Shown: positions 29,513 through 40,406, numbered from the stretch's first letter. The stretch is 64,000 bases of DNA from an uncultured Pseudomonadota bacterium (GCA_963709335.1 CAVPWB010000009.1:90997-154996); one strand, 5' to 3'. The notes: a model not told the origin generated them from the letters alone. Made by a program: numbers and translations.

Positions 29513-30724
29513 TCACCGCTGCGGATCCGGCGATTGGAACGCGCCCGGCGTCCACGCATCGCGAGGGGCGAGCGGCGTCGTGCCGACCGGCAACGTGAAC
29601 TCCGCCGTCGGCGCGAGCGACACTCCACCGATCATCGGCGGCGCGACGCCCAGTCCTCGCAGCAGCGAATGCGCTCCGAGGCGAAAATCGAGCGTGTCCG
29701 GATCGCCGAGGGCACCCGCAAGCACGGGAAAGTTGCCCTCGAATTGCCCGGGCGATGCCAATGTGAAGAGCCCGACGCCGACGGTGAGATTGTTCGTGGC
29801 GACGACGTCGACGCCGGCGGGAAATTGCTCGGTGACCACGCGCAGAAACCACGCACCGGCGGCATCGCTCAGCAGCGTGTTGTTGACGAGGTAGAGCGCG
29901 TTGCGCGGCCATACCGAGCCCTCTGCGCCATAAGACACGACGACCGGGTTCGTCGTCGTGCTGCTCTGCCCGATGATGTTGCCGATCACGACGGCGAGTC
30001 CGCCATCGGGGAACTCGAGCTCATAGGCCGCCTGCCCGCCCGTGCCGTCGTACAGCAGGTTGTACGCGACGTGGCTTTCGCGCGCACGGCTTTTCACGAG
30101 ATGGCCTTCGAAGCCTTGGTGAAACCGGCTGCCGGTGAGCGTGAAGCGGCCGATTCTCCCGACGTACAGCAGGTGCTTCCGAGTACCGCGATCATGCGGC
30201 GCGCGTGCGAACTCGGTGTCTTCGATCGTGAGCTCGCTGTCGGCAATATTGCCGGTCAGGATGCCGTTCTCGTTGTCGGTGAAGCGGCAGCGGCGCACGG
30301 CGAGCCTGCCACGCTCGAAGCGGATGCCGGCGCCGTTGCGCGCAGGCGCCCGCGCGCCTTCGAACGCGACGTTCTCGATGGCGAAGTCACCGTCACGGAT
30401 CACCCAGATCGCCTTGCCTTCGGCGATCTGTCCTTTGGCGCTCAACACCGGCGTGCCGCCGATGCCACGGATCGTCAGCCGTTTCTGCCGCCATACGGCG
30501 ACGTCGCCGCGATAGGTGCCGGCCGCAATCTCGACGATGTCGTCGTCGCGCGCAACCCGCGCCGCCTGCGCAATCGTCGCGATCGGACCGTTCGGACTCA
30601 CGGTGAGCGTCGCGGCGCACGCTGCCGACGCCGCCGACAGCAGCAACAGCGTCAGCGCATACGTGCGCGCAGCATCGCCCCCGGCGCGCGCTCGACGCGG
30701 GTCAATCGTCCGGAGCGTCGGCAA
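29513..30724 (-). CDS. secreted right-handed parallel beta-helix repeat protein, function unknown
   Basis: 403 aa. Signal peptide [18 protein letters not shown]|ATL. Repetitive IRG/ENV/FEG...NGAGIRFE...[11 protein letters not shown] pattern typical of pectate-lyase-fold (NosD/CASH-like) proteins. The start overlaps the def stop region by 23 nt. Confidence 0.55.
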   Translation of the reverse strand: MPTLRTIDPRRARAGGDAARTYALTLLLLSAASAACAATLTVSPNGPIATIAQAARVARDDDIVEIAAGTYRGDVAVWRQKRLTIRGIGGTPVLSAKGQIAEGKAIWVIRDGDFAIENVAFEGARAPARNGAGIRFERGRLAVRRCRFTDNENGILTGNIADSELTIEDTEFARAPHDRGTRKHLLYVGRIGRFTLTGSRFHQGFEGHLVKSRARESHVAYNLLYDGTGGQAAYELEFPDGGLAVVIGNIIGQSSTTTNPVVVSYGAEGSVWPRNALYLVNNTLLSDAAGAWFLRVVTEQFPAGVDVVATNNLTVGVGLFTLASPGQFEGNFPVLAGALGDPDTLDFRLGAHSLLRGLGVAPPMIGGVSLAPTAEFTLPVGTTPLAPRDAWTPGAFQSPDPQR

Positions 30725-31235
30725 GCTCGGGAAACAGCACGTCGGTGAAGCCGAAGCGGCTGAAATCCCGGATGCGCATCGGATACAGGATGCCGTCGAG
30801 ATGGTCGCATTCGTGCTGGACGACGCGCGCGTGAAAACCGCTGACCTCGCGCTCGATCACCTGGCCCGCCGGATCGAGCCCGCGGTAATGCAGCTGCACG
30901 TGCCGAGGTACGACGCCGCGAAACCCCGGTACCGACAGGCACCCTTCCCAGCCGTCTTCGAGCTCGTCGGAGAGGACGGTCAATACGGGGTTGATGAGCT
31001 CGGTGTATGGCACCGACTCGGCATCGGGATAGCGCGGATTGCGGTCGACACCGAAGATGATTACGCGCAGGTTGACTCCGATCTGCGGCGCGGCGAGGCC
31101 CGCCCCGTTCTGCGCGCGCATCGTGTCGCGCATATCCTCGAGCAGCGCCGCGATCGCCGGCGCTGTCGGATCCGCCACGTCGCGCGACCGTTCGAGCAAC
31201 CGCGCATCACCCATCCGCAGCACGTCACGGATCAT
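30702..31235 (-). CDS. def: peptide deformylase
   Basis: 177 aa with [18 protein letters not shown] and QHECDHLDG metal-binding motifs. Confidence 0.9.
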   Translation of the reverse strand: MIRDVLRMGDARLLERSRDVADPTAPAIAALLEDMRDTMRAQNGAGLAAPQIGVNLRVIIFGVDRNPRYPDAESVPYTELINPVLTVLSDELEDGWEGCLSVPGFRGVVPRHVQLHYRGLDPAGQVIEREVSGFHARVVQHECDHLDGILYPMRIRDFSRFGFTDVLFPELADAPDD

Positions 31236-32031
31236 CGTGGCCCACCTTCGACGGAGTCATCGGTGCCGGAACCGTCGGCGCGCGTGGCTCCGACGACACC
31301 AGCGGCACGACATGCTGGATAAGCGCACGAACGCGATCCATCGCACTCTCGAGAACGTTGGCGATGCTTTCCATCGACACGTGCGCCGCGCTGTCGCCGC
31401 GACCCGCCGCATGATTGACGACGACGCATACCGAGGCGTAGTCGATGCCGAGTTCGCGCGCGAGCCCGGCTTCCGGCATGCCGGTCATCCCGACCAGCGT
31501 CGCGCCATCGCGATCCATCCGGTCGATCTCCGCCGCCGTTTCCAGCCTCGGGCCGGATACGGCACCGTAGACGCCGCCATCCTGCAGCGCGATCTTGCCG
31601 CGCTTGGCCCCGGCCAGCACGATGCCTCGCAGCGCGTCCGAGTACGGCTGCGTGAAGTCGACGTGAACGACCTGCTGGTCGCCACCATCGAAAAAAGTCT
31701 GCGCACGCCCGGACGTGTAGTCGATCAGCTGGTGCGGCAGGACGAGGTCGCCGGGCATGCAGGCGCGGATGCCGCCCACTGAAGCCACCGCCAGGACGGC
31801 GCTCGCGCCCTGCGCCTTCAGTGCCCATAAATTGGCACGATAGTTGACGCGGTGCGGCGGTATCGTGTGGCCGTGCCCGTGCCGTGCGAGGAAGGTCGCA
31901 CGGTGTCCGGCGATCTCGCCGAACACGAGCGCCGCGGACGGCTCGCCGTACGGCGTGCGAATGACTTGCCGGTGCGTGACGGCGAGGGTTGGCAGGCGCG
32001 TCAGGCCCGAACCGCCGATGATGGCGAGCAT
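31225..32031 (-). CDS. S-methyl-5'-thioadenosine / S-methyl-5'-thioinosine phosphorylase (PNP family 2)
   Basis: [10 protein letters not shown]...[26 protein letters not shown]...GPRLETAAE...[11 protein letters not shown] versus MTI specificity cannot be decided by eye. Confidence 0.8.
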   Translation of the reverse strand: MLAIIGGSGLTRLPTLAVTHRQVIRTPYGEPSAALVFGEIAGHRATFLARHGHGHTIPPHRVNYRANLWALKAQGASAVLAVASVGGIRACMPGDLVLPHQLIDYTSGRAQTFFDGGDQQVVHVDFTQPYSDALRGIVLAGAKRGKIALQDGGVYGAVSGPRLETAAEIDRMDRDGATLVGMTGMPEAGLARELGIDYASVCVVVNHAAGRGDSAAHVSMESIANVLESAMDRVRALIQHVVPLVSSEPRAPTVPAPMTPSKVGHDDP

Positions 32032-32207
32032 GGAACTTGCTTCGTGCGAGGGTTAGTCGGTAGGCCGGGGTGTGGCGATCGGCGCACTGGCAACGGACGC
32101 CGCCGTGGCCTTTTGCCGGCGACGCATTCCGAACTGCGCCGACGTATGACATCATCATGGGCGGCGCTAGCGCGCGGGTCTTGCCTATTCTAGCCCGGAA
32201 AGGTTCC

Positions 32208-33371
32208 ATGTACCTCGACCGACTCTTCAAGCTGATGGCCGACAAGCAGGCGTCGGATCTGTTCATTTCCTGCGGCGCGCCGATCAACATCAAGGTCAAC
32301 GGCAACCTGGCGCCGGTGTCGAGCCAGACGATGGACGTCGAGACGGTGCGCCGGATCGCCTACGACCTGATGACGAAGGAGCAGGCGCGCGAGTTCGAGA
32401 ACGAGCGCGAGATGAACCTGTCGCATCTCGACAAGGCGATCGGCAACTTCCGGATCAACATCTTCCGCCAGCGCGGATCGATCGCGCTCGTCATTCGCTA
32501 CGTGCGCAACTCGGTGCCGGCGTTCGAAGCGCTGAAGCTCCCGCCGGTGCTGCTCGATCTCGTGATGGAAAAGCGGGGTCTCGTGCTCGTCGCCGGAGCG
32601 ACCGGCTCGGGCAAGTCGACCACACTGGCCGCGATGATCGACCACCGCAACACCAATCGCACCGGCCACATCCTGACGGTCGAGGATCCGATCGAGTACC
32701 TGTTCAATCATCGGAAGAGCCTCGTCAACCAGCGCGAGATCGGTACCGATACGCACAACTACCACATGGCGCTGCAGAACGCGCTGCGCGAGGCACCCGA
32801 CCTCATCATGATCGGCGAAATCCGCGACAAGGAGACGATGCAGGCGGCGCTGCTGCACACGCTGACCGGCCACCTGTGCCTGTCGACGATCCACGCGAAC
32901 AACAGCTACCACGCGCTGTCGCGGATCATCAACCTGTTTCCGCACGACGTCCGTGCAGCAGTCCTGTCCGACCTGTCGATCGGCCTTCGCGCGATCGTGT
33001 CGCAGCGGCTCGTTCGCAGCACCGATGGCACGTTGCGTCCCGCCGTCGAAATCCTGCTCAACACGTCGCTGATCGCCGAGCTCATCAAGAACGGCGAATT
33101 CACGCAGATCAAGGAGGCGATGGAGCAGTCGCTCTACCCGGGATCGCAGACGTTCGAGCAAGCGCTTTGCAGGCTGTACCTCGACGAGCAGATCGGTTAC
33201 GACGAGGCGATGGTCGCGTCGGATTCGGCGACGAACCTTGCCTGGCTCATCAACCAGAACTCGTCGACGACGCGCGACGGCGAAGAGTCGGATCAGGGTT
33301 CGGGCAATGTGCGGATGACCGCCGATTTCGGCAACATGACGATCGACCGCGGAATGCTCGAGCGCTCTTAG
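32208..33371 (+). CDS. PilT/PilU-family type IV pilus retraction-type ATPase (orphan)
   Basis: ORF 32070..33371 trimmed to the ATG at 32208 (MYLDRLFKLMADKQASDLFISCGAP...). Walker A GATGSGKSTT, TVEDPIEY, IMIGEIRD, and the His-box region LTGHLCLSTIHANN. Confidence 0.8.
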   Translation: MYLDRLFKLMADKQASDLFISCGAPINIKVNGNLAPVSSQTMDVETVRRIAYDLMTKEQAREFENEREMNLSHLDKAIGNFRINIFRQRGSIALVIRYVRNSVPAFEALKLPPVLLDLVMEKRGLVLVAGATGSGKSTTLAAMIDHRNTNRTGHILTVEDPIEYLFNHRKSLVNQREIGTDTHNYHMALQNALREAPDLIMIGEIRDKETMQAALLHTLTGHLCLSTIHANNSYHALSRIINLFPHDVRAAVLSDLSIGLRAIVSQRLVRSTDGTLRPAVEILLNTSLIAELIKNGEFTQIKEAMEQSLYPGSQTFEQALCRLYLDEQIGYDEAMVASDSATNLAWLINQNSSTTRDGEESDQGSGNVRMTADFGNMTIDRGMLERS

Positions 33372-33375
33372 CTGA

Positions 33376-34641
<1,266 letters not shown>

Positions 34642-34666
34642 TGGTCGTTGAAAGCCGGTCGCGCGA

Positions 34667-35563
34667 ATGAACACTCCCGCCGAACTCGAGACGCTGCGCG
34701 ACTTCCTGCGCTACACGGTGTCGCGGTTCAACCAGGCCGGGCTCGCGTTCGGCCATGGGTCCGCCAACGCGTATGACGAGGCTGCGTACCTGCTGCTGCA
34801 CACGCTGCGTCTTCCGCTCGATCGCCTCGAGCCTTTCCTGGATGCGAAGCTGACGGCAGCCGAGCGCAGCGAGTTCGGCGCGCTGCTCGCGCGGCGCATC
34901 GACGAACGCGTGCCGGCCGCGTACCTGACCCAGGAGGCGTGGCTGGGCGAATTCCGTTTTCACGTCGACGAGCGCGTGCTGATCCCCCGCTCGTTCATCG
35001 CCGAGTTGCTGCCGGATGGACTCGCGCCCTACCTCCCGGACCGATCGGCGGTCACCTCCGCGCTCGACCTTTGCACGGGTTCGGGGTGCCTTGCCGTGCT
35101 GCTCGCGCACGCGTTCGAGAACGCGGACGTCGACGCCGTCGACATCAGCAGCGACGCGCTCGCCGTCGCGCAGCGCAACGTCAGCGACTACGGCCTCGCC
35201 GGCCGCATCAACCTCATCCGCTCGAATCTGTTCGACAACCTGCCCGGCAAGTCCTACGACCTCATCATCAGCAACCCGCCGTACGTGACGACGATGGCGA
35301 TGGACGAATTGCCGCGCGAATACCGGCACGAGCCCGCGCTGGCGCTCGCCGGCGGTGACGACGGGCTCGACGCGGTACGCACGATCCTGCGCAAGGCGCC
35401 GCAGTTCATGCAGCGCGACGCGCTGCTCGTCGTCGAGATCGGCGACAACCGCGCCGGCGCCGAAACGGCGTTCCCGCGGATGCCGTTCACGTGGTTGTCG
35501 ACGCCGTCGTCGGAGGCGAGCGTATTCCTGCTGAAGCGGGAAGAGATCGTGGCCGGCCGCTGA
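34667..35563 (+). CDS. prmB: 50S ribosomal protein L3 N5-glutamine methyltransferase
   Basis: 298 aa. VLIPRSFIAE, DLCTGSGCLAV and the catalytic IISNPPYV motif. Confidence 0.85.
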   Translation: MNTPAELETLRDFLRYTVSRFNQAGLAFGHGSANAYDEAAYLLLHTLRLPLDRLEPFLDAKLTAAERSEFGALLARRIDERVPAAYLTQEAWLGEFRFHVDERVLIPRSFIAELLPDGLAPYLPDRSAVTSALDLCTGSGCLAVLLAHAFENADVDAVDISSDALAVAQRNVSDYGLAGRINLIRSNLFDNLPGKSYDLIISNPPYVTTMAMDELPREYRHEPALALAGGDDGLDAVRTILRKAPQFMQRDALLVVEIGDNRAGAETAFPRMPFTWLSTPSSEASVFLLKREEIVAGR

Positions 35564-35611
35564 CCGCGAGTCGCACGAACCCGTGCGGCCGTCGCGCTCC
35601 GGCGAACGTCG

Positions 35612-37114
35612 TCAGAGACCGAAGAACTGCTGGATCTTGCGCACGAGCTCGCGCGTGCGTCCGACCGCGTGCTCGGCACGCGCTTCGGCGTCGAGTGCCT
35701 GCAGCTTCGCATCGTTCTCCGCCTGGCGCTCCGCAAGGATCCGCGCAAGCGCTTCGGCGAGCGCCGGCCTCCCGCGCAGGATTGAATCGAAGCCGCGTTT
35801 GTCCAACCGGTAGCAAAGTGCGTCGTCGACGGCAGCAACCGTTGCGATCCGCGGCTGGCCGAGCAACAGTCCCATCTCGCCGAAGTAGGCCGGCGCTTCC
35901 AGCGTCGCGAGCTTGACCGCAAGTCCGCCCTTGTCGCGCTCGCGGATGATCTCGACGTGCCCTTGCGCCAACAGATACAGCGAATCGGCCGGCTGGCTCG
36001 CCTCGAAAATGCGTTCGCCGGCAACGTAAGGAGACGTCGTCAGCTGGCGCGCCAGCGACGCGCGCTCGGCGTCCGTCAGCGATGCGAACAGATCCATTGA
36101 CGCGAGGGCTGCGGTCCTGTGCTCGATCTCGCGCCGCGCGGCGCCCGGCCGCTCGTCGTGTCTTACTTCGACGATGCGTCGCGGAAACGAGATGACGAAG
36201 CCCTGCCGCATCAGTGCCGCGTAGATGTGGGTGCGAATCCGCGAATCCGCGATCCAGTACGCGCCTGCATCGGTCAGGTCGTACGCGACCGCGTACTCGA
36301 TGCCGCTGTCCTTGAACGCGACGCAGCCGACGCTGGGCGCCGGCGCGCGCGCCACGTCGGGAATCTGCGCGTTGGCGAGTTCCTTCTCGACCTGGGCGAT
36401 TACCCGCGCGGGCGGATGGTCGAACTCGACTTCGAACGGCACGTGGCGCCGCCACGGCGTACGCTCTTCGCCGCGGCGCGCGACGACGGTGATCCGATTC
36501 TTCATCACCGTCGAGTTCGGGATGACGATCGTCTCGTTGGTGATCGTCGCAATCGCCATGTAACGCCAGCGGATGCTGACCACCTGGCCGGTTACGGTGT
36601 CGATCTTCACCCAGTCACCGATGCGGCACGTCTTCTCGAGCTGGATCGCGATGCCGCCCCACAGGTTGCCGAGCGTCTCCTGCGCCGAGAACGCCAGCGC
36701 ACCGGTCACGACGGCAGACGTTGTGATGAGGCTCGCGAGATTGACGCCAACGGCGTTCAGCCGGTAGATCACGTAGCCGATGAGCGCCAGCGCTACGACG
36801 AACTCGTTCAGGATCCGCGGGATCTTGCGTCGCGCGAGCAGCGTCTGGAACGCGAACAGCACGAAGATCTGGATCACGCCGAACGTGACGATCGCAAGGC
36901 CGGCTTCGCGCGCGAGCAGCGAACCCGTCGGCGAATGGATCGCGGAGCCGATGCGCTCGTACGTCCACAGGCCAAGCACGCCCACGGCCACGACGACGAG
37001 CATGCCGAGCATCGTGTGCCGCGCGGGCGAGCGGGCGACGAGCGCGATCAGAACGAGCACGAGCGAGACCCCCGCGAACAGCAGCGCGTCGTTCAGGTAC
37101 GCGTCGAATGGCAT
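35612..37114 (-). CDS. MscS-family mechanosensitive channel fused to a C-terminal cyclic-nucleotide-binding domain
   Basis: 500 aa. TM region plus MscS core SAQETLGNLWGGIAIQLEKTCRIGDWVKI. C-terminal cNMP domain DLFASLTDAE...LYLLAQGHVEI...FGEMGLLLGQPRIATVAA. Confidence 0.8.
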   Translation of the reverse strand: MPFDAYLNDALLFAGVSLVLVLIALVARSPARHTMLGMLVVVAVGVLGLWTYERIGSAIHSPTGSLLAREAGLAIVTFGVIQIFVLFAFQTLLARRKIPRILNEFVVALALIGYVIYRLNAVGVNLASLITTSAVVTGALAFSAQETLGNLWGGIAIQLEKTCRIGDWVKIDTVTGQVVSIRWRYMAIATITNETIVIPNSTVMKNRITVVARRGEERTPWRRHVPFEVEFDHPPARVIAQVEKELANAQIPDVARAPAPSVGCVAFKDSGIEYAVAYDLTDAGAYWIADSRIRTHIYAALMRQGFVISFPRRIVEVRHDERPGAARREIEHRTAALASMDLFASLTDAERASLARQLTTSPYVAGERIFEASQPADSLYLLAQGHVEIIRERDKGGLAVKLATLEAPAYFGEMGLLLGQPRIATVAAVDDALCYRLDKRGFDSILRGRPALAEALARILAERQAENDAKLQALDAEARAEHAVGRTRELVRKIQQFFGL

Positions 37115-37209
37115 CGTCGTCGGTTCGTCCGCTTGGAATCGCCGCGATTATAGGGCCGGCACCGTGGTCGGTCGCGTAGAATCGGCGCCGGCCCATCCCG
37201 GACCCTGCC

Positions 37210-38889
37210 ATGGCATCCCGATCGGGCGGCGAGATCGTCGTCGCCAACCTGCTGGCCCAGCGCGCAACGCACGCGTTCGGCGTTCCCGGCGAAAGCTTCC
37301 TGGCCGTGCTCGACGCACTGCACGGCGTTCGCGAACGGCTGCCATTCATCGTCTGCCGGCAGGAAGGCGGCGCGGCTTACATGGCCGAAGCGTATGGCAA
37401 GCTCACCGGGCGGCCCGGCATCGCGTTCGTCACGCGTGGCCCCGGTGCGTCGAACGCCGCCGTCGGTATCCACACGGCAATGCAGGATGCATCGCCGATG
37501 ATTGTCTTCGTCGGCCAGGTCTCCACCGACATGCTCGACCGCGCCGCATTCCAGGAGATCGATTACCGGCGCATGTACGGCAGCGTCGCCAAGTGGGCCG
37601 CGCAGATCGATCGTGTTGAGCGCATACCCGAATACATCGCGCATGCCTACCGGCTCGCGATGTCGGGCCGGCCAGGACCCGTGGTGCTGGCGCTGCCTGA
37701 AGACATGCTGACGTCGCGCGCCGATGTCGCCGACGCGACCTACGTCGACGCGATCGCCGCCGCGCCGTCACGCGATGACGTGCGTGCGGCCGAGGCGCTG
37801 CTCCGCGATGCGCGTCAGCCGCTCGTGCTCGTCGGCGGCAGCCGGTGGAGCGACGACGCGCGCGCTGCGCTGCGCCGATTCGCCGAGGCGGCACAGCTGC
37901 CGGTGGCATGCGCGTTTCGCCACCAGGATCTATTCGATCATCGTCATCCGAACTACGCGGGCGACGTCGGCATCGGTAGCAACCCGTTGCTGATTGCCCG
38001 TGTGCGCGATGCCGACGTGCTGCTCGTCCTCGGCGAGCGGCTCGGCGAAACGGTCACGTCCGGCTACACGCTGCTCGACGTGCCGAAGCCCCGGCAAACG
38101 CTGATCCACGTCCATCCCGGCGCCGACGAGCTCGGCAGCGTCTACCAGCCGGCGCTCGCGATCGCCGCGACGCCCGGCGCCTTCCTCGATGCGATCGACG
38201 CGGCGGCCGCGCGGTCGCAGCACGGTGCGGGCCTCGCAGCGCGCGCGCACGACGACTACGAAGCGTGGCGCGCGCCGCGCCCCGTGCCCGGCGCTGTCGA
38301 CCTGTGGCAGATCGTCCGCTGGCTCGACGAGCGCCTTCCCGACGATGCGATCCTCACCAACGGCGCCGGCAACTACGCAACGTGGGTGCATCGCCTGTTT
38401 CGCTACGGCGGCGGACGCAGGCAGCTCGCACCCTACTCTGGCTCGATGGGCTATGGCGTGCCGTCAGCCGTCGCGGCGAAGCTCGTCCATCCGCAGCGGA
38501 CCGTCGTCTCGTGGAACGGCGATGGCTGCTTCCTGATGAACGGTCAGGAGCTCGCCACGGCTGTGCAGTACCGGTTGCCCATCGTTTTCGTTGTCATCGA
38601 CAACGGCATGTACGGGACGATCCGCATGCATCAGGAACGCAATTATCCCGGTCATGTCTCCGGTACGGACCTCGTGAACCCGGATTTCGCGATGCTCGCG
38701 CGCGCATACGGCGCGCATGGCGAAACGGTGCTGGCAACGGAAGAGTTCGCGCCGGCGTTCGAGCGCGCACTGTCGGCGCAGCGTCCAGCGCTGCTGCACG
38801 TGCGCGTCGATCCGCAGGCACTGACGATGAGCGCGACGCTCGATGACCTGCGCGCGCAGGGGATGGCGCACACGGTGCGTGACGAGTGA
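37210..38889 (+). CDS. thiamine-pyrophosphate-dependent enzyme (acetolactate synthase large-subunit-like), specific function unknown
   Basis: 559 aa. FGVPGESFLAVLDAL, RQEGGAAYMAEAYGKLTGRPG, TRGPGASNA. C-terminal TPP-binding region SWNGDGCFLMNGQELATAV...IDNGMYGTI. Confidence 0.8.
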   Translation: MASRSGGEIVVANLLAQRATHAFGVPGESFLAVLDALHGVRERLPFIVCRQEGGAAYMAEAYGKLTGRPGIAFVTRGPGASNAAVGIHTAMQDASPMIVFVGQVSTDMLDRAAFQEIDYRRMYGSVAKWAAQIDRVERIPEYIAHAYRLAMSGRPGPVVLALPEDMLTSRADVADATYVDAIAAAPSRDDVRAAEALLRDARQPLVLVGGSRWSDDARAALRRFAEAAQLPVACAFRHQDLFDHRHPNYAGDVGIGSNPLLIARVRDADVLLVLGERLGETVTSGYTLLDVPKPRQTLIHVHPGADELGSVYQPALAIAATPGAFLDAIDAAAARSQHGAGLAARAHDDYEAWRAPRPVPGAVDLWQIVRWLDERLPDDAILTNGAGNYATWVHRLFRYGGGRRQLAPYSGSMGYGVPSAVAAKLVHPQRTVVSWNGDGCFLMNGQELATAVQYRLPIVFVVIDNGMYGTIRMHQERNYPGHVSGTDLVNPDFAMLARAYGAHGETVLATEEFAPAFERALSAQRPALLHVRVDPQALTMSATLDDLRAQGMAHTVRDE

Positions 38890-38935
38890 CTCTGCGAACC
38901 ATCGCGTTCCGCGCGTAGCGGCACGCGTTTGTTAT

Positions 38936-39637
38936 CTACGCGACGGCCACGAGTTTCTGCAGCGTATCCGGATCGCTCAGGAGGTCGTCGCTCGGTCCGC
39001 GATGAACCACACGTCCCCTGTCGAGCACGATCGCCTGCCGTGTCAGCGTCAGTGCGAGCTTCGCGTGCTGCTCGACGACGACGACCGCCATGCCCCCTTC
39101 TGACATCAGGTTGCGGATCACCTTCATCAGATCCTGGACGATGATCGGCGCCAGTCCTTCCATCGGCTCGTCGAGCAGCAGGAGCCGCGGATTGACGACG
39201 AGTGCACGTGCGATTGCCAGCATTTGCTGCTCGCCGCCGGATAGCTGATTGCCGAGGTTCGAGCGGCGCTCCTCGAGGCGCGGAAAGATCTCGTAGATTC
39301 GCCGCAGCGTCCACTGACCGGGCCGGGCGACCGCTGTCAGATGCTCCTCGATCGTCAGCGACGGCCACATGTAGCGCTCCTGCGGCACCCACCCGATGCC
39401 CGCCTGCGCGCGCTGGTACGTCGACAATGCAGTAAGGTCGGTACCGCGCCAGCGCAACGCTCCTCGATGCAGCCTGGTCAGGCCCATCAACGTCACGAGC
39501 AGCGTCGACTTGCCCACGCCGTTGCGTCCAAGCAGTGCGAGGCTGTCACCGTCGTCGAGAGCAAGCGAGATCCCTTCCAGCACGACGGACGCGCCATAGC
39601 CCGCCGTCACGCCGTCGAGCGACAGCAGCTCAGCCAT
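38936..39637 (-). CDS. livF: branched-chain amino acid ABC transporter ATP-binding protein (LivF type)
   Basis: 233 aa. Walker A GRNGVGKST, signature LSGGEQQMLAIARAL, Walker B LLLLDEP. Confidence 0.85.
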   Translation of the reverse strand: MAELLSLDGVTAGYGASVVLEGISLALDDGDSLALLGRNGVGKSTLLVTLMGLTRLHRGALRWRGTDLTALSTYQRAQAGIGWVPQERYMWPSLTIEEHLTAVARPGQWTLRRIYEIFPRLEERRSNLGNQLSGGEQQMLAIARALVVNPRLLLLDEPMEGLAPIIVQDLMKVIRNLMSEGGMAVVVVEQHAKLALTLTRQAIVLDRGRVVHRGPSDDLLSDPDTLQKLVAVA

Positions 39638-40406
39638 GCTGGGCCTCGCCGAGGTAAACCTCCCTCACACGCGGGTCGGCGGCGATCTCGGGGGGCGTGC
39701 CCTCGGTCAGAACGCGGCCCGCGACCATGACGGTGATGCGCTCCGCGAAACGAAACACGAGGTCCATGTCGTGCTCGATGAACAGCACGGTCACGTCGCG
39801 CGGCAATTTCGACAGCACACCGAAGAGCTCGGCACTCTCGCCGGCCGGAATACCGGCTGCGGGCTCGTCGAGCAGCAGCAGCGCGGGCTTCGTCGCCAGC
39901 GCGAGCGCGATCTCCAGCAGCCGCTGCTTGCCGTACGCGAGATTGCGTGTGAACTCGTCACGCTCGCGCGTCAGATGCAGCGTCTGCAACAGCGCGTTGG
40001 CTTCGTCGGCAGCCTCGCGCTGCTGCACGACGGTCCGATGCCACACGCCGGCGTTGCCCTGGCGCTCGCACACGGCGAGCACGACCGACTCCAGCACGGT
40101 CAGCCCGGGAAACAGCGTGTTGATCTGGAACGTCCGCGTCATCCCGCGCTTGACGCGCTCGTGCTGCGACAGCGCCGTGATGTTGTCGTCGCCGAGAAAG
40201 ACTTCGCCCGCCGTGGGCGGAAACACGCCCGTCAGCAGGTTGATGAACGTCGTCTTGCCCGCGCCGTTCGGGCCAATCAGCGCGTGTCGCGCACCGGGCG
40301 CAAACGCAAGCGATATCTCGCTGTTCGCGTCGAATGCGCCCCAGCGCTTGGAGAGCCCCCGCGTGCGCAATGCGGGCTTCTGCGTCGCCGTGGGAGGATC
40401 GCTCAA
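39630..40406 (-). CDS. livG: branched-chain amino acid ABC transporter ATP-binding protein (LivG type)
   Basis: ORF 39630..41300 is over-extended. The conserved protein begins around LSDPPTATQKPALRTRGLSKRWGAF, which has no in-frame ATG. An in-frame TTG at 40406-40404 overlaps the livM stop (TTGA). Walker A GPNGAGKTT, LAYGKQRLLEIA, LLLLDEPAAG. Confidence 0.8.
   Translation of the reverse strand: MSDPPTATQKPALRTRGLSKRWGAFDANSEISLAFAPGARHALIGPNGAGKTTFINLLTGVFPPTAGEVFLGDDNITALSQHERVKRGMTRTFQINTLFPGLTVLESVVLAVCERQGNAGVWHRTVVQQREAADEANALLQTLHLTRERDEFTRNLAYGKQRLLEIALALATKPALLLLDEPAAGIPAGESAELFGVLSKLPRDVTVLFIEHDMDLVFRFAERITVMVAGRVLTEGTPPEIAADPRVREVYLGEAQHG

Noticed and set aside
31833-31848. Sigma54-like element TGGCAC-gatag-TTGAC on the plus strand upstream of the PilT/PilU-type gene
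   Set aside because: It lies inside the phosphorylase coding region, ~360 nt upstream of the ATPase ATG. The -12 element is TTGA rather than TTGC, and no enhancer-binding protein gene is nearby. Probably a chance match.
38890-38935. Short hairpin CGCGT-agcggc-ACGCG plus TTTGTT after the TPP-enzyme gene as a terminator
   Set aside because: The stem is only 5 bp and the T-tract is interrupted. This is too weak to report as a feature.
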